A stretch of 64,000 bases of DNA, from contig JBCCQQ010000001.1 in assembly GCA_039024555.1 (NCBI GenBank), positions 288,001 to 352,000 on the forward strand, read 5' to 3'. This document shows, piece by piece, positions 20,777 to 30,886 of the stretch. Position 1 is the stretch's first letter. Each line of letters begins with the position of its first letter. Source of the DNA: Cyanobacteria bacterium P01_D01_bin.156. Lineage in GTDB: Bacteria > Cyanobacteriota > Cyanobacteriia > Phormidesmidales > Phormidesmidaceae. The translations under genes and the position numbers were made by a program. A model generated the notes under the pieces. The model did no database searches. It saw only the letters and a list, made by a program, of their open reading frames with translations, and was not told the DNA's origin.

Positions 20777-21250
20777 ATGCCTCGGTTTGCTACTGCTCAG
20801 GATCAACGCTATGCCCAAGCATTGATGCAGCCCGCTCTAATTCGGATCATCGACAATATCCGTAAGCAGCTAGACACATGCGACTGGAATGGCACCTATC
20901 GGGATGATATGCACTGGCCAACAGACGCCACTGCCGAACAGAAACAACAATACATGGCATTGCAGGAGATGCTGGAAACTGCCGGTCCTGAAGACCATGA
21001 TCGGATTCAAGCTACCCTGGCTCAGCTACCGTCTCCCGAACACATCTACACCCTCTGTTTGACCAAACAAGACCAGCAGCAGGAAATCAACCTGTGGCAG
21101 CTGTGTTACCGCCTTTGCGCAAAAGATAATCAAGATCCGATGACAGTAGATATGCAGTTACTGGATTTGGAGCAGGGAGATATCGACTGGATTACCTTGG
21201 ACAACAAGGCAAAACAATTGGTAGAAGAAGAATTTAACAAACTCTCCTAA
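20777..21250 (+). CDS. Conserved-looking cyanobacterial hypothetical protein
   Basis: QALMQPALIRIIDNIRKQLD...INLWQLCY pattern; uninterrupted ORF. Confidence 0.75.
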   Translation: MPRFATAQDQRYAQALMQPALIRIIDNIRKQLDTCDWNGTYRDDMHWPTDATAEQKQQYMALQEMLETAGPEDHDRIQATLAQLPSPEHIYTLCLTKQDQQQEINLWQLCYRLCAKDNQDPMTVDMQLLDLEQGDIDWITLDNKAKQLVEEEFNKLS

Positions 21251-21308
21251 CGCCTTGCTATTTGAGGAAGCTTACATAGCTGTAAACTACCAACCTTAAT
21301 CAAACGCT

Positions 21309-22115
21309 TTAGCCATCGACTATAGGTAGCTTAGTCCCACATCGTCGACAGTACAGAGCATCGGTATCATGTCCAGACAAACCACAATTGCTACACTCTG
21401 CCGCATCCAGAGCCTGCAATCGATTAATATTTTGAATTAAACTACCCAGCTGACTAGGAATTAGGGCAATTCCAGTCAAAATCATCATCACTGTAAGGGT
21501 GCGTCCCGCTTCTGAAACCGGTGTGACATCGCCGTAGCCTACGGTGGTCATAGTAACCACGGCGAAGTACATGGCATCTAAAAAGCTAGCGAAAATATCT
21601 GGTGCAATGGGGTGCTCTACCTGGTAAATAGCCCCTGAGTAGATAAAGACAATGGCAAATAGGGTAAACACAATGCGGGCGATAATGAGCCCTTCACGCC
21701 CCAACCAACGGTCCTCTTCTAAGAAGCGAGCTAATTTAAGAATGCGTAACCAGCGGATCAGCCGCAGCGATCGCATATCAAACAGCCCGGTCAATAGAGG
21801 CAAAATTGAAACTAAATCAACAATGGCATAAGGGCTAAAGACATAGCGCAGGGGGCGTTCCGAAGCCCAGAGACGGAGCCCATATTCCACGACAAAAACG
21901 CCCAAAACCAATCGATCTAATCCAGAGAGTAGACTGTAGACGTTATCCGACAACGGATAGGTTTCCGCTACAAATAAACCGGCTGAAATCAGGATTAGGA
22001 GTGCGATCGCAATATTCAAACCCAGCCCTAACCCAGTTTTAGCCTCCTCTAATTCAGCCCGTACCCGTTGCCGCAGAGTGAACTCCTGTTGATGCTCAGA
22101 TTGACCAGCCGCCAT
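21309..22115 (-). CDS. Voltage-gated-type potassium channel (ion transporter)
   Basis: Six TMs, S4-like RSLRLIRWLRILKLAR, filter TMTTVGYGD and C-terminal CxxC...CxxC. Confidence 0.93.
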   Translation of the reverse strand: MAAGQSEHQQEFTLRQRVRAELEEAKTGLGLGLNIAIALLILISAGLFVAETYPLSDNVYSLLSGLDRLVLGVFVVEYGLRLWASERPLRYVFSPYAIVDLVSILPLLTGLFDMRSLRLIRWLRILKLARFLEEDRWLGREGLIIARIVFTLFAIVFIYSGAIYQVEHPIAPDIFASFLDAMYFAVVTMTTVGYGDVTPVSEAGRTLTVMMILTGIALIPSQLGSLIQNINRLQALDAAECSNCGLSGHDTDALYCRRCGTKLPIVDG

Positions 22116-22220
22116 AGCGCGTTTGAATATTCACTGTGAAGAGTGTGCCATGCTGAAGTTGACGCTGGTTCACCCAGTCCCCCAAACTCAAATTACATTA
22201 CTTACAAACTCATCAATTGC

Positions 22221-22445
22221 ATGGTGGATAAATTATTCTCAGTAGGCGATCGCGTCACTGTGACCACTCACCCCCCATATCTCAAAACCGCTGACCCCAT
22301 GCCGATGCTGCGTCCACCGGACCTAGTCAGCCTAGGAGAGCAGGGAACCATATTAGAACAAAAGCTCGGCGGTTATTGGGCTGTGCGTTTTGAACGAGGT
22401 GCTTTTCTCATTGATGGTCGGTACATTGATCGCGTACCTAGCTAA
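22221..22445 (+). CDS. sipA: NblS-interacting regulatory protein SipA (DUF3148)
   Basis: PPYLKTADPMPMLRPPDLV...GGYWAVRFERGAFLID; ATG at 22221. Confidence 0.85.
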   Translation: MVDKLFSVGDRVTVTTHPPYLKTADPMPMLRPPDLVSLGEQGTILEQKLGGYWAVRFERGAFLIDGRYIDRVPS

Positions 22446-22580
22446 CCCAACCTGATATAGCTTTCCGATAGCAATAGCCTCTATCACCAGATCGCTCTCC
22501 AAGAAAAAAAGTAATTTCCATTGCAAAGAGGGAACTATCTGTTATATTCAATAACTGTGTCTGAAACACTTTTTCAACAC

Positions 22581-22652
22581 GGGTTGCTAGCTCAGCGGTA
22601 GAGCACTCGGCTTTTAACCGATTGGTCCTGGGTTCGAATCCCAGGCGACCCA
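22581..22652 (+). tRNA. tRNA-Lys(TTT)
   Basis: Acceptor GGGTTGC/GCGACCC, anticodon loop CTTTTAA, T-loop GTTCGAATC; CCA not encoded. Confidence 0.97.
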
Positions 22653-22935
22653 TAAGGTCAGATAAGTTCGAGTAGATTCACCAGGAATTTGCTTGAATCT
22701 AAGTAAGGGCAGCATTTTCGCTCCTAAAGTAAACACTCTTGCGAAATGCTAGGAGTAAAGTCATCGATATCAACAAAGCCTCACCGTTGATACTGGTATC
22801 CTTAATAAAATACTCAGGTTTTAGAAACAACTCGTCATAAGTTCGGGGTTGTGACCTAATATTGATGAGTAGGGATACCTATTCAACCAATTCAATTGAA
22901 GCTGCCAAAACGGCGAAAAGTACTAGGAGGATTAT

Positions 22936-24009
22936 ATGGCGCTTGTACCTATGCGGCTCTTGCTGGATCACGCCGCTGAGAACGGCTACGGCATTCCCGC
23001 TTACAACGTAAACAACATGGAGCAGATCCTGTCAATTATGCAGGCTGCTGATGAGACTGATAGCCCTGTTATTCTGCAGGCTTCCCGCGGTGCCCGTAAG
23101 TACGCTGGTGAGAATTTTTTGCGTCACCTAGTTCTGGCGGCTATTGAGACCTATCCTCACATTCCGGTGGTCATGCACCAGGATCACGGTAACAGCCCTG
23201 CAACTTGCTACTCTGCAATCCGCAACGGCTTTACTAGTGTAATGATGGACGGCTCTCTAGAAGCGGATGCTAAGACTCCCGCTAGCTTTGAGTACAACGT
23301 TAACGTAACTGCTGAAGTCGTTAAAGTTGCGCACTCCATTGGTGCCAGTGTTGAAGGTGAGCTAGGTTGCCTAGGCTCCCTAGAAACTGGTCAAGGTGAA
23401 GCTGAAGACGGCCACGGTTTCGAAGGAACTCTTAGCAAGGACCAACTGCTAACTGACCCTGACGAAGCTGTACAGTTTGTAGAGCAAACTCAGGTTGATG
23501 CCCTAGCGGTTGCTATCGGTACTAGCCACGGTGCTTACAAGTTCACCCGTAAGCCCACTGGTGAAATTCTAGCCATCAGCCGCATTGCAGAAATTCATAA
23601 GCGTCTACCCAACACTCACCTGGTAATGCACGGATCTTCCTCCGTTCCCCAGGAGTGGTTGGACATGATTAACGCTCACGGTGGTCAGATTCCTGAAACT
23701 TACGGTGTCCCTGTTGAAGAAATTCAGAAGGGTATTAAGAGCGGTGTTCGTAAGGTGAACATTGATACTGATAACCGTTTGGCGATTACTGCAGCCATCC
23801 GCGAAGCAGCCATGAAGGATCCTTCCAACTTTGATCCTCGCCACTTCCTGAAGCCTTCCATTAAGTACATGAAGCAAGTTTGTTCCTCTCGCTACGAAGC
23901 GTTTGGTACTGCTGGTAACGCTTCCAAGATTAAGCAAGTAGGTGTAGACATCTTCGCGGCTAAGTATGAAGCTGGTGAGCTTGACGCTAAGGTTGCCGTT
24001 ACTGCTTAA
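22936..24009 (+). CDS. fbaA: Fructose-bisphosphate aldolase class II
   Basis: [30 protein letters not shown] and VMHGSS; AGGAGG SD; strong codon bias. Confidence 0.98.
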   Translation: MALVPMRLLLDHAAENGYGIPAYNVNNMEQILSIMQAADETDSPVILQASRGARKYAGENFLRHLVLAAIETYPHIPVVMHQDHGNSPATCYSAIRNGFTSVMMDGSLEADAKTPASFEYNVNVTAEVVKVAHSIGASVEGELGCLGSLETGQGEAEDGHGFEGTLSKDQLLTDPDEAVQFVEQTQVDALAVAIGTSHGAYKFTRKPTGEILAISRIAEIHKRLPNTHLVMHGSSSVPQEWLDMINAHGGQIPETYGVPVEEIQKGIKSGVRKVNIDTDNRLAITAAIREAAMKDPSNFDPRHFLKPSIKYMKQVCSSRYEAFGTAGNASKIKQVGVDIFAAKYEAGELDAKVAVTA

Positions 24010-24061
24010 GGATCAGAAATGCTTTAGGGTCACTGAAGTATTAGTTGCATAAGTTAAATAG

Positions 24062-24093
24062 AGGGGTATGACGATTGTCATTACCCCTTTTTT
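24062..24093 (+). terminator. Intrinsic terminator after fbaA
   Basis: AGGGGTATGAC-gatt-GTCATTACCCCT followed by a T run. Confidence 0.85.
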
Positions 24094-24135
24094 AGTTTCT
24101 TGGTAAGCAATTGGAGACAAAATATCCAGCTATTA

Positions 24136-24209
24136 GAGTTCGGAATTCGGAGTTCAGAAGTCGGAATTTGGCAGGGCATTCCGACTTCCGGACTCCGAAT
24201 TCTCAACTC
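24136..24209. repeat. Inverted pair of heptamer tandem repeats (STRR-like)
   Basis: Units GAGTTCG/GAATTCG/GAGTTCA/GAAGTCG; 32-nt arms complementary at 28 of 32 positions. Confidence 0.85.
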
Positions 24210-24210
24210 C

Positions 24211-25257
24211 TTAGGCTTTCTTCGCGACCCAATACTTACTCATAAAGTGATTGGACACCTGAACACTGTGAAATCCAGCCGATTCTAAACGAGCAGTAAT
24301 ATCATCCGTACTGTAGTGCCGGTAGTAAGGCTCGTGAAAAACTGCAGGAAAGTTTTCCATCATCGGTGCAAACTCCGGAGTATCACTTTGCTGAATAGAA
24401 TCGCAAATAACAAAAATACCGCCCGGTTGAGTCACTCGGTAGCACTCATTAATCACGTTTTGCCTAACATCACCCGGTAGTTCATGGAACAGGAAAACAC
24501 TGACCGTCGCTTCAAAGTAGTTTTCCAAGTAAGGTAGCTGTTCAGCATTGGCCTGCATCAGCTGAGGAAGCATACCCGGCTCTTTACTCAGCAACTCATT
24601 GGCTTTGCGCAGGTAAGTCGGTGACAAATCCACCCCATAAAGCGATACCTCAGACAGAGTGTCCCGAATCATTTTTAGGGTGCGCCCTGTACCACAGGCC
24701 ACATCCAACACCTTGGGTGCCGAAACAGCCAAACTATTAATATGTCCCTTTAAAGGAGCCAACACCCGACGACGCATGGCATCTGCGGAACCATTAAACA
24801 GGAGTTCGACCTGGAGATCATAAAGATTGGCGGACATTTCCCCCAGGTACCCATTGGTTTGATGATGAAAATTTTGCAGATAGTAGCTGGGGTAGTCCTC
24901 TGTTTTAATATCTTTCGAAAACGATTGGTATTGCTTATTTTTAGAACGATCCCACACGCTGGGAGTATCTAACACCACCATGGGGTAGTACTTGAAAAAA
25001 TCATCCCATGGGTTGTCAAACAACAGACTTGTGGAGTACACCCCAGCTTCAGCATCCTGCCAGTCCACTTCAATTAGAGCGTCAAGCCGCTTCTTTAAAA
25101 GGGCTAGGGTGGCAGCCGGCACTTCAACAGTGCTGTTGGTTTCCATTGGCGAAACCACCTCCCGCAAACGATTAATCATGGTTTTGTGGGTATATCCAAA
25201 AACCTGTTTGCCTTGTTGAAACGTTTGGTAAGCGAGTTTTGTGAATGTATCCGGCAT
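24211..25257 (-). CDS. Class I SAM-dependent methyltransferase
   Basis: YYLQNFHHQTNGYL, LDVACGTG and FLFHELP. Confidence 0.9.
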   Translation of the reverse strand: MPDTFTKLAYQTFQQGKQVFGYTHKTMINRLREVVSPMETNSTVEVPAATLALLKKRLDALIEVDWQDAEAGVYSTSLLFDNPWDDFFKYYPMVVLDTPSVWDRSKNKQYQSFSKDIKTEDYPSYYLQNFHHQTNGYLGEMSANLYDLQVELLFNGSADAMRRRVLAPLKGHINSLAVSAPKVLDVACGTGRTLKMIRDTLSEVSLYGVDLSPTYLRKANELLSKEPGMLPQLMQANAEQLPYLENYFEATVSVFLFHELPGDVRQNVINECYRVTQPGGIFVICDSIQQSDTPEFAPMMENFPAVFHEPYYRHYSTDDITARLESAGFHSVQVSNHFMSKYWVAKKA

Positions 25258-25548
25258 AGCGCTGATAAAACATCAGGGAAAAGGTCGCACTGAATTAGGC
25301 CAAAGGATTGAGTGAAGGCACGTTAGACTCCACACTGACCAATACAGCACTTTGTGAATTATTGTAAAAGCCCTGAGAGAAAAAAGGGTAACCGCGCGAC
25401 ATAAACCAAATATTTCAACGCTCCCTCAGACCACAGATCAAACTAGTAAAAGCCTTAGGCAGCGCTAGGCTTTACAGGAAGCTCAATAATTCACAAAAAG
25501 CTGCGCTAGTATGGATAGGTTCTAAAACCACCCGCAGAGGATTACTGA

Positions 25549-25773
25549 ATGAAGCGTCTGTCCATTGATACCACCCAGATGATGCGCCGTACCGAGGACT
25601 TGATTAAGGCGGCATCCAATCGTTATCGCATCACTGTCCAGGTGGCTAATCGGGCACAGCGTCGTCGTTTTGAAGAATTTGACAACATTGATGAGTCCCG
25701 CATGAAACCTGTATTGCGCGCTATCGTGGAAATGTCTGATGAGTTGACTCAGCCTGAAATCATTGGGGAGTAG
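25549..25773 (+). CDS. rpoZ: RNA polymerase omega subunit
   Basis: [14 protein letters not shown]...[19 protein letters not shown]. Confidence 0.93.
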   Translation: MKRLSIDTTQMMRRTEDLIKAASNRYRITVQVANRAQRRRFEEFDNIDESRMKPVLRAIVEMSDELTQPEIIGE

Positions 25774-25815
25774 GCCTGAAGAATTCAGCTTATTAACGGT
25801 CTAAATAATTAGGGG

Positions 25816-25930
25816 TCAATGCTGATTGTCACTCTTGAGTGAGGACAAGCACATCTCCATGGGTAGTCTGTGGAACGTATGAGTTAGCAAAGCCTGACGG
25901 CTAAGCTCTTAGGGCAATCAGCGACATTGG
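25816..25930 (+). ncRNA. Candidate structured RNA (multibranch fold), family unassigned
   Basis: Closing stem GCTGATTGTC/GGCAATCAGC plus TCAATG/CATTGG and three internal hairpins. G-U pairs favour the + strand. Confidence 0.45.
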
Positions 25931-25967
25931 AACATTACATATTCAACTGAAATTTCTAATTGCAATC

Positions 25968-26402
25968 ATGCTTAGCGGTATGGGTAAGCGGCTTATGAGT
26001 AAGCGGCTAAAGTTTCTATTTATAACCACATTAACCACCCTGATGGTTTTGGCTGGCAGTATTCTGCAGGTGGGCGAACCGCTGATGGCAGCCAATTCTG
26101 TAAATCCAGTTGCCCTCGCCAACCAGCTTTATATTCAATATCCTGACATTCCCAAGGTGGCGCATGTCAATACCACCCTTTTAAGTCGTTTTATTGACTA
26201 CCATCTCGATGGCAATGCCCGACCAGGGCAATATCATCTCGATTGGGAACTTTCTTTGGCGGATTATCTAGGGGCCACTTACGGCCACCATGGGCACGCC
26301 TCTGATTCAATAACCGTAGCGGATAAACACGCTATGAAAACCCTGAGCCTTGACCAACGGCATCAGCTTGTTAGTAGCCTGGAGCAGCTTTTTGCCGAAT
26401 GA
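25968..26402 (+). CDS. Hypothetical exported protein
   Basis: N-terminal hydrophobic segment; TLLSRFIDYH...LDWELSLADYLG; 4-nt overlap with the next gene. Confidence 0.75.
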   Translation: MLSGMGKRLMSKRLKFLFITTLTTLMVLAGSILQVGEPLMAANSVNPVALANQLYIQYPDIPKVAHVNTTLLSRFIDYHLDGNARPGQYHLDWELSLADYLGATYGHHGHASDSITVADKHAMKTLSLDQRHQLVSSLEQLFAE

Positions 26403-26764
26403 CGGCTCTGCAAAAAGAAGGCTCTGGCTGGCGACTGGGCTGGGATGCCAAGCGCCCTACTTTCAAAGCGCTCGTGGGTGGGAAAGATTGGGCCTTAGAG
26501 CTTACCCAGGATGAATTTGAAGCATTCAGATCGCTAGCCAAACAGCTATCGAACACCATGGACTCCATGGCTAACGACCTGATGCCTGATGAAAAAATTA
26601 CCCTGGAGCAAGAAAACCAATACCTTTGGATAGAAACTGACGGCTTTCACCACAGCTACAGTGTGCGATTTATATTGCTCACTGGACGAGGGGGTGAGGG
26701 AGCTTGGCCTGCGGCTGTCGTTCCAGATTTATTAAATGGATTAGATCAAATTGCTCTATTTTGA
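26399..26764 (+). CDS. DUF1818-family protein
   Basis: EGSGWRLGWD...ALVGGKDWALELT...GRGGEGAW. Confidence 0.85.
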   Translation: MTALQKEGSGWRLGWDAKRPTFKALVGGKDWALELTQDEFEAFRSLAKQLSNTMDSMANDLMPDEKITLEQENQYLWIETDGFHHSYSVRFILLTGRGGEGAWPAAVVPDLLNGLDQIALF

Positions 26765-27080
26765 AGAGCAGCTTTCCCTTAGATGAATGCTTGTGTCAGC
26801 ACCAGTGGGCAAATTATTCGTCAGTCGGGTGGCTCTCATAGCGCAAATGAGCAATAATCTACGCAATTTGATTAGAGCTTTCAGTAGATTGCTCCACAAT
26901 GGGCATCCTCTGACTATAAACACGTGAAAGCTGTTTACTGAGCTGATCAAATAAGCTTTGTGCACACAGCCACAGGTAATCGCTAGAGCCTTTAAGCTGC
27001 AAAAGCTATGTGCGACGCAACCTACAAAATACACTCTGCAGGTTGCTAAACATTAATCCAACCATCTGGGTGTAGACAGC

Positions 27081-28259
27081 ATGAAAAAACTTAAGGTCGT
27101 TAGCAATACGCAATTTAAACAAAGCCCTAAGCTGTCTACTGAGCTATCCAGACAGGAAAAGGCTTTTGTCTCTAATGGCACAGAGTTAGAGCTAATCTCA
27201 TCCGATGCTGCGCAAAATGGTCATCATAAGGTGACCTTGGCTAAGCCTTTAAAGAACACGAACCAAACCATTTGGTATGTCTATAAGCCGGATGTCAGAA
27301 TTTATGACACTAACATTCAGCTAACGGTGGTCAGTGACACCCTGTTTAAGCAGCGTCCGGTGTTATCCAACCAGCTGAACGATCGCGAAAAAGTATTTGT
27401 GGGTAACGGCACCCAATATTATTTACAGTCCTATTTACCCGCAGAAGGGCATCATACTCGGGTTGCGATCGCGAATGCTTTTTTAGGTCCAGAAAATCGC
27501 ACTGTCTGGTACGCCTATAAACCCGATATCCGCATCGTGGGCGATACCATTAACCTCACCGTCATCAGCGACACCCTATTCAAAACATCCCCACAAATGT
27601 CATCTCGACTGAGTAACCGAGATAAGGTGTTCGTTAAAAACAATACCGAGCTAGACCTGATTAGCCATGAGCTAGCCCCCGCCAACCACGTCAAACTTGA
27701 GCTAGCTAACCCTAGCTTTGGCAATCGGTCTGAGCGGATTTGGTATGCCTATAAACCCGACATTCAGATTGAAGGGAATGAAGCTGATAATCAACCCAAA
27801 AATGAAACACCTCAACCCAAAAACCGAGGACGTTTTATTCAGTTACCTGGCTTTCGTGGCAATTTTTACCTAGCTAATCCGATTATTCCTAGTGGGCACT
27901 TTACCTGGGGAGAAGCCACCCACGGCGGCAGTCGCATTCCCGTGAATCGTAATGTGGTCTACGGCATCATTCGCATTGCTCGGGTAATGGAAGAGGTACG
28001 GGATCGGCTGGGGGGACGTCCTCTCACCATTAATTCTTGGTATCGCGATCCGGTAACCAATCGGAGAGTGGGTGGTGCCAGTCGTTCTCGTCACCTAGTG
28101 GGCGATGCGGTGGATTTTGTAGCGCCTGGGATTCACCCTTACGATGTGTATGATCGTCTAAGTTCTTGGTGGGGTGCTAGGGGTGGCTTAGCCAGTGCTA
28201 CCGTATTTACCCATATTGATACGCGGGGTTACTATGCTCGCTGGAGCTACGGCTTTTAG
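27081..28259 (+). CDS. Peptidase M15A (D-Ala-D-Ala carboxypeptidase-like) with three N-terminal repeats
   Basis: SWYRDP, SRHLVGDAVD and FTHID Zn motifs; three repeats of about 78 aa ending WYxYKPD. Confidence 0.9.
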   Translation: MKKLKVVSNTQFKQSPKLSTELSRQEKAFVSNGTELELISSDAAQNGHHKVTLAKPLKNTNQTIWYVYKPDVRIYDTNIQLTVVSDTLFKQRPVLSNQLNDREKVFVGNGTQYYLQSYLPAEGHHTRVAIANAFLGPENRTVWYAYKPDIRIVGDTINLTVISDTLFKTSPQMSSRLSNRDKVFVKNNTELDLISHELAPANHVKLELANPSFGNRSERIWYAYKPDIQIEGNEADNQPKNETPQPKNRGRFIQLPGFRGNFYLANPIIPSGHFTWGEATHGGSRIPVNRNVVYGIIRIARVMEEVRDRLGGRPLTINSWYRDPVTNRRVGGASRSRHLVGDAVDFVAPGIHPYDVYDRLSSWWGARGGLASATVFTHIDTRGYYARWSYGF

Positions 28260-28363
28260 GGAAGGGTAATATCTGCCTACCCAATTAAAGTGCTTGATTA
28301 CACCAAATATGGAGCAGTAATGCCCAAGCCGTATGCTATGCTAGTCAAGCGTTAAAAACGCAT

Positions 28364-28437
28364 CGGGGCGTAGCGCAGCTTGGTAGCGCACTACTTTGGG
28401 GTAGTAGGGGTCGTGGGTTCAAATCCCGCCGCTCCGA
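28364..28437 (+). tRNA. tRNA-Pro(GGG)
   Basis: Acceptor CGGGGCG/CGCTCCG, anticodon stem CTACT/AGTAG with loop TTGGGGT, T-loop GTTCAAATC. Confidence 0.97.
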
Positions 28438-28444
28438 TTGACTT

Positions 28445-28468
28445 AAAACCGCTGATATCAGCGGTTTT
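28445..28468 (+). terminator. Perfect 24-bp palindrome after tRNA-Pro (probable terminator)
   Basis: AAAACCGCTGAT|ATCAGCGGTTTT. Confidence 0.7.
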
Positions 28469-28585
28469 TGTGCTTTAAACAGTCTGCTTTTTATGGCCCG
28501 CACTACACTGGCATAAATAACTGGACATGCCATTTACACGTCAGAAGACGACATAATAAGGCCGGAATTTGGTAGACACAAAACA

Positions 28586-28663
28586 ATGGTCAGAGAACAC
28601 AACAGTACCATCGGCATCGAAGCAGCTCGGGGCTGGTTACACCTGCGATCGCACCAGCACTGA
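28586..28663 (+). pseudogene. Possible N-terminal stub of a phage-type integrase (arm-binding domain)
   Basis: MVREHNSTIGIEAARGWLHLR resembles cyanobacterial integrase N-termini. It lies next to a tRNA, and the resemblance ends at HIP1 28645-28652. Confidence 0.4.
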
Positions 28664-28712
28664 TTATTTGAAAACCTCAAAAGTTGACGTTACTGAAACT
28701 AAGGTCGGGAGA

Positions 28713-29492
28713 TCACTTTAAGGCATCTTGCAATTGTTCTTGTAGCCAATCCATTTCAGCCTTATTTAAAGCTGGTGGTGGTGGTGCTTGCTCATAATCC
28801 AGCGATAGATCATAGGCTGCTTCGTCGTAGATAGCCGTCAATATAGCTTGTAAATCTAATGGGACATCTGGGTCTGGATGTTGCAAAGGTACAGGCACAA
28901 CAGGCAACGGAGTGGATAATTCAACAGGCCAGATTTGCATTTGTTTTGCTTTGGCACAAGTAAGCGAAATGCAATAGGACACCTTGGGTAAACGCGGTTG
29001 GGCAAAGGGGCGAGTACCTCGTCGTAGCAAGTCTAGTTCGAGTAAGTGCACATTAGCTTGGTACAAGCGCTGTCGTTTTTGACGATATGTGGTCAGTCCC
29101 GGTTCGCGCTTGTTAACTGGGGAAAGGATTGCAATACTCGCGACAAGACGATTTTTAGCGGTATCCCGAATTTCAACCGTGGTAAGACGTACCTGCACAG
29201 CCTGGGGTATCGGTAAAGATAATTGGGCAGGGGTAATTGTAAGAGTACTCCCCGGAGCTATTTCTGTTGTTGGACGTTTGGAAGATTCTAGGACTTCTAC
29301 ATCGGGGTACAAGATGCCAATTTCTCCTTCAGGGAATGCATCTTCAGCCAGATAGACCTCTAAACGAGCAGTATATTTTGGTCGCAGCAGTGGCGTTAGG
29401 TGCTGACGAATTTTATTAGCCAAGGCACTATGCACATCAGACCAGAGGTAACCTTCGAGGTAGGGGTCCATTCCAGGAAAGGGGGATGGCAT
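28713..29492 (-). CDS. DUF4058-family protein (PD-(D/E)XK-like)
   Basis: MPSPFPGMDPYLE, ILSPVNK and LLELDLLRRG. Confidence 0.9.
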   Translation of the reverse strand: MPSPFPGMDPYLEGYLWSDVHSALANKIRQHLTPLLRPKYTARLEVYLAEDAFPEGEIGILYPDVEVLESSKRPTTEIAPGSTLTITPAQLSLPIPQAVQVRLTTVEIRDTAKNRLVASIAILSPVNKREPGLTTYRQKRQRLYQANVHLLELDLLRRGTRPFAQPRLPKVSYCISLTCAKAKQMQIWPVELSTPLPVVPVPLQHPDPDVPLDLQAILTAIYDEAAYDLSLDYEQAPPPPALNKAEMDWLQEQLQDALK

Positions 29493-29655
29493 CAGTTTAG
29501 AGATCGTAGCATTACGTTTAGGATAATCCTTTCTAAGGTAAGAAGGGGATAAATTCTCTTAGGGGTTGCTGCTCCCCTGGATAATGTTGGATTAAAGCTG
29601 TACATCTTGAAAGGGTCGCCAATCATTTTATTCCATACATCTGCAACAGGAATAT

Positions 29656-29980
29656 TTTTACTTTCGGAATGAAGCAGCCGCCAAGGAAGGGCTGGACTGG
29701 ATCTTAGCCAAGGTGATCCATGACCAAATTTAGAGCTTGAGCTTGATATAACGAGTAAATCCTGACTCAATTTCCGATTAATGCACGTTTGGAAATTCCA
29801 GAAATTGGTTGTGATGACCAAGGTAAGTTAGGGATTTACCACCTCTTTAGAGGTGGGTATGTTTCTGCAGTAAGCAGTCTTGTACTCCCTAATTTGGCAA
29901 TGAAACAGATTCCTGAAATTATTGGACACCATCACAATTGAGGGCGACGGGCATTCGAAAGGCGATTCGATAATAGGTGA
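29656..29980 (+). pseudogene. Decayed Uma2-family endonuclease fragment
   Basis: Stitched across frameshifts and stops: FYFRNEAAA / GRAGLDLSQGDP*PNLELELDITSKS / FPINARLEIPEIGCDDQGKLGIYHL...SLVLPNLAMKQIPEII, matching the Uma2 'PPDLxxEIDITS...PIYARLGVPE' pattern. Confidence 0.75.
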
Positions 29981-30577
29981 GAGAGCAACAACGATAGGGT
30001 GAGTGGTGATAAGAGAATTCAATTCTATTTTGATGATTTTCTTTTAATCATCCTTTTTCGGAAAGCGACTGAATAAAAAGATTTGGAGACAGATTGGAGA
30101 AAATGATTTGGGCTCTTACTCTACCTGACTGACTATAATCAAAGTGTTTAAGAATGCCGTTTTTTTTAGTGTTTCAGCACAATATACGGTCAAGGTGCCG
30201 TTTCATACTTCAGGGCAGTAATGCTCTGTTTTACACCCTGAGAGTTGGCTATGTATCCATAAGTAACAGACACATATTGAAGTTTTAAGCCCATATCTTG
30301 CTAGCAAATGATACAGCCTTCAAGGATAGAAACTTAGACCCTCTGGCGATCCCAGCCAACGATCCGATTTATTACGTAGAAGTAACCCGTAGTAGGTAGC
30401 AAAAGGTACCCAGTGGGGTACTACTCAGATGTCTAGACTACGAAGCATCATAGAGCCATGAATCGTTACTAAGAGTCGTTGAAGGATGTAAGACTCCTGG
30501 TTTTGCAATGCAAAACTCAAAAACACTCTTTTGCACCTCTTAGAACAATCTATCTTGTCTGCAACGAGACAACAATC

Positions 30578-30886
30578 ATGGCTCTAATTAAATTAAAAGA
30601 ATACAAGCTGAATGGTGGTGGCTGGCCAAATAATGCGGCTATCAGCTTCCGTTTTGTAAGCACGCCTATTGGTCCCAACCTAGCTTCTTCTCCAGTTGCT
30701 TCATGGAATGCATGCCCAGGCAGCTCGCAGCTAAACTTTAGTATCAGCGGATATTTAATCCTATTCGTTAATGGTTCTATAGCAGGAATCGCTTCCGGTT
30801 TTGTAACACCTACGCCAAAAACAAATGTTCAAGCAAATATTAATACTGGCTATGGAGTTGCGCAGGTTAAGTACGACGTTCTTTGA
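30578..30886 (+). CDS. Orphan 102-aa beta-rich protein
   Basis: ATG 30578 gives MALIKLKEYKLNGGGWP...VKYDVL; followed by hairpins. Confidence 0.6.
   Translation: MALIKLKEYKLNGGGWPNNAAISFRFVSTPIGPNLASSPVASWNACPGSSQLNFSISGYLILFVNGSIAGIASGFVTPTPKTNVQANINTGYGVAQVKYDVL

Noticed and set aside
22438..22653. 71-aa minus ORF (likewise 28345-28533)
   Set aside because: Antisense translations of tRNA genes.
24136..24209. Possible CRISPR array
   Set aside because: Units are 7 nt with no unique spacers. No cas genes or repeat-spacer arrays were seen anywhere in the window.
25816..25930. 6S RNA or c-di-GMP/c-di-AMP riboswitch identity
   Set aside because: Too short and too branched for 6S. GCAAAGCC is present but the rest of the riboswitch consensus is not. 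Left unassigned.
29492..30022. Minus-strand ORFs of 109 aa and 64 aa
   Set aside because: No recognisable motifs; they are shadows of the + strand Uma2 pseudogene.
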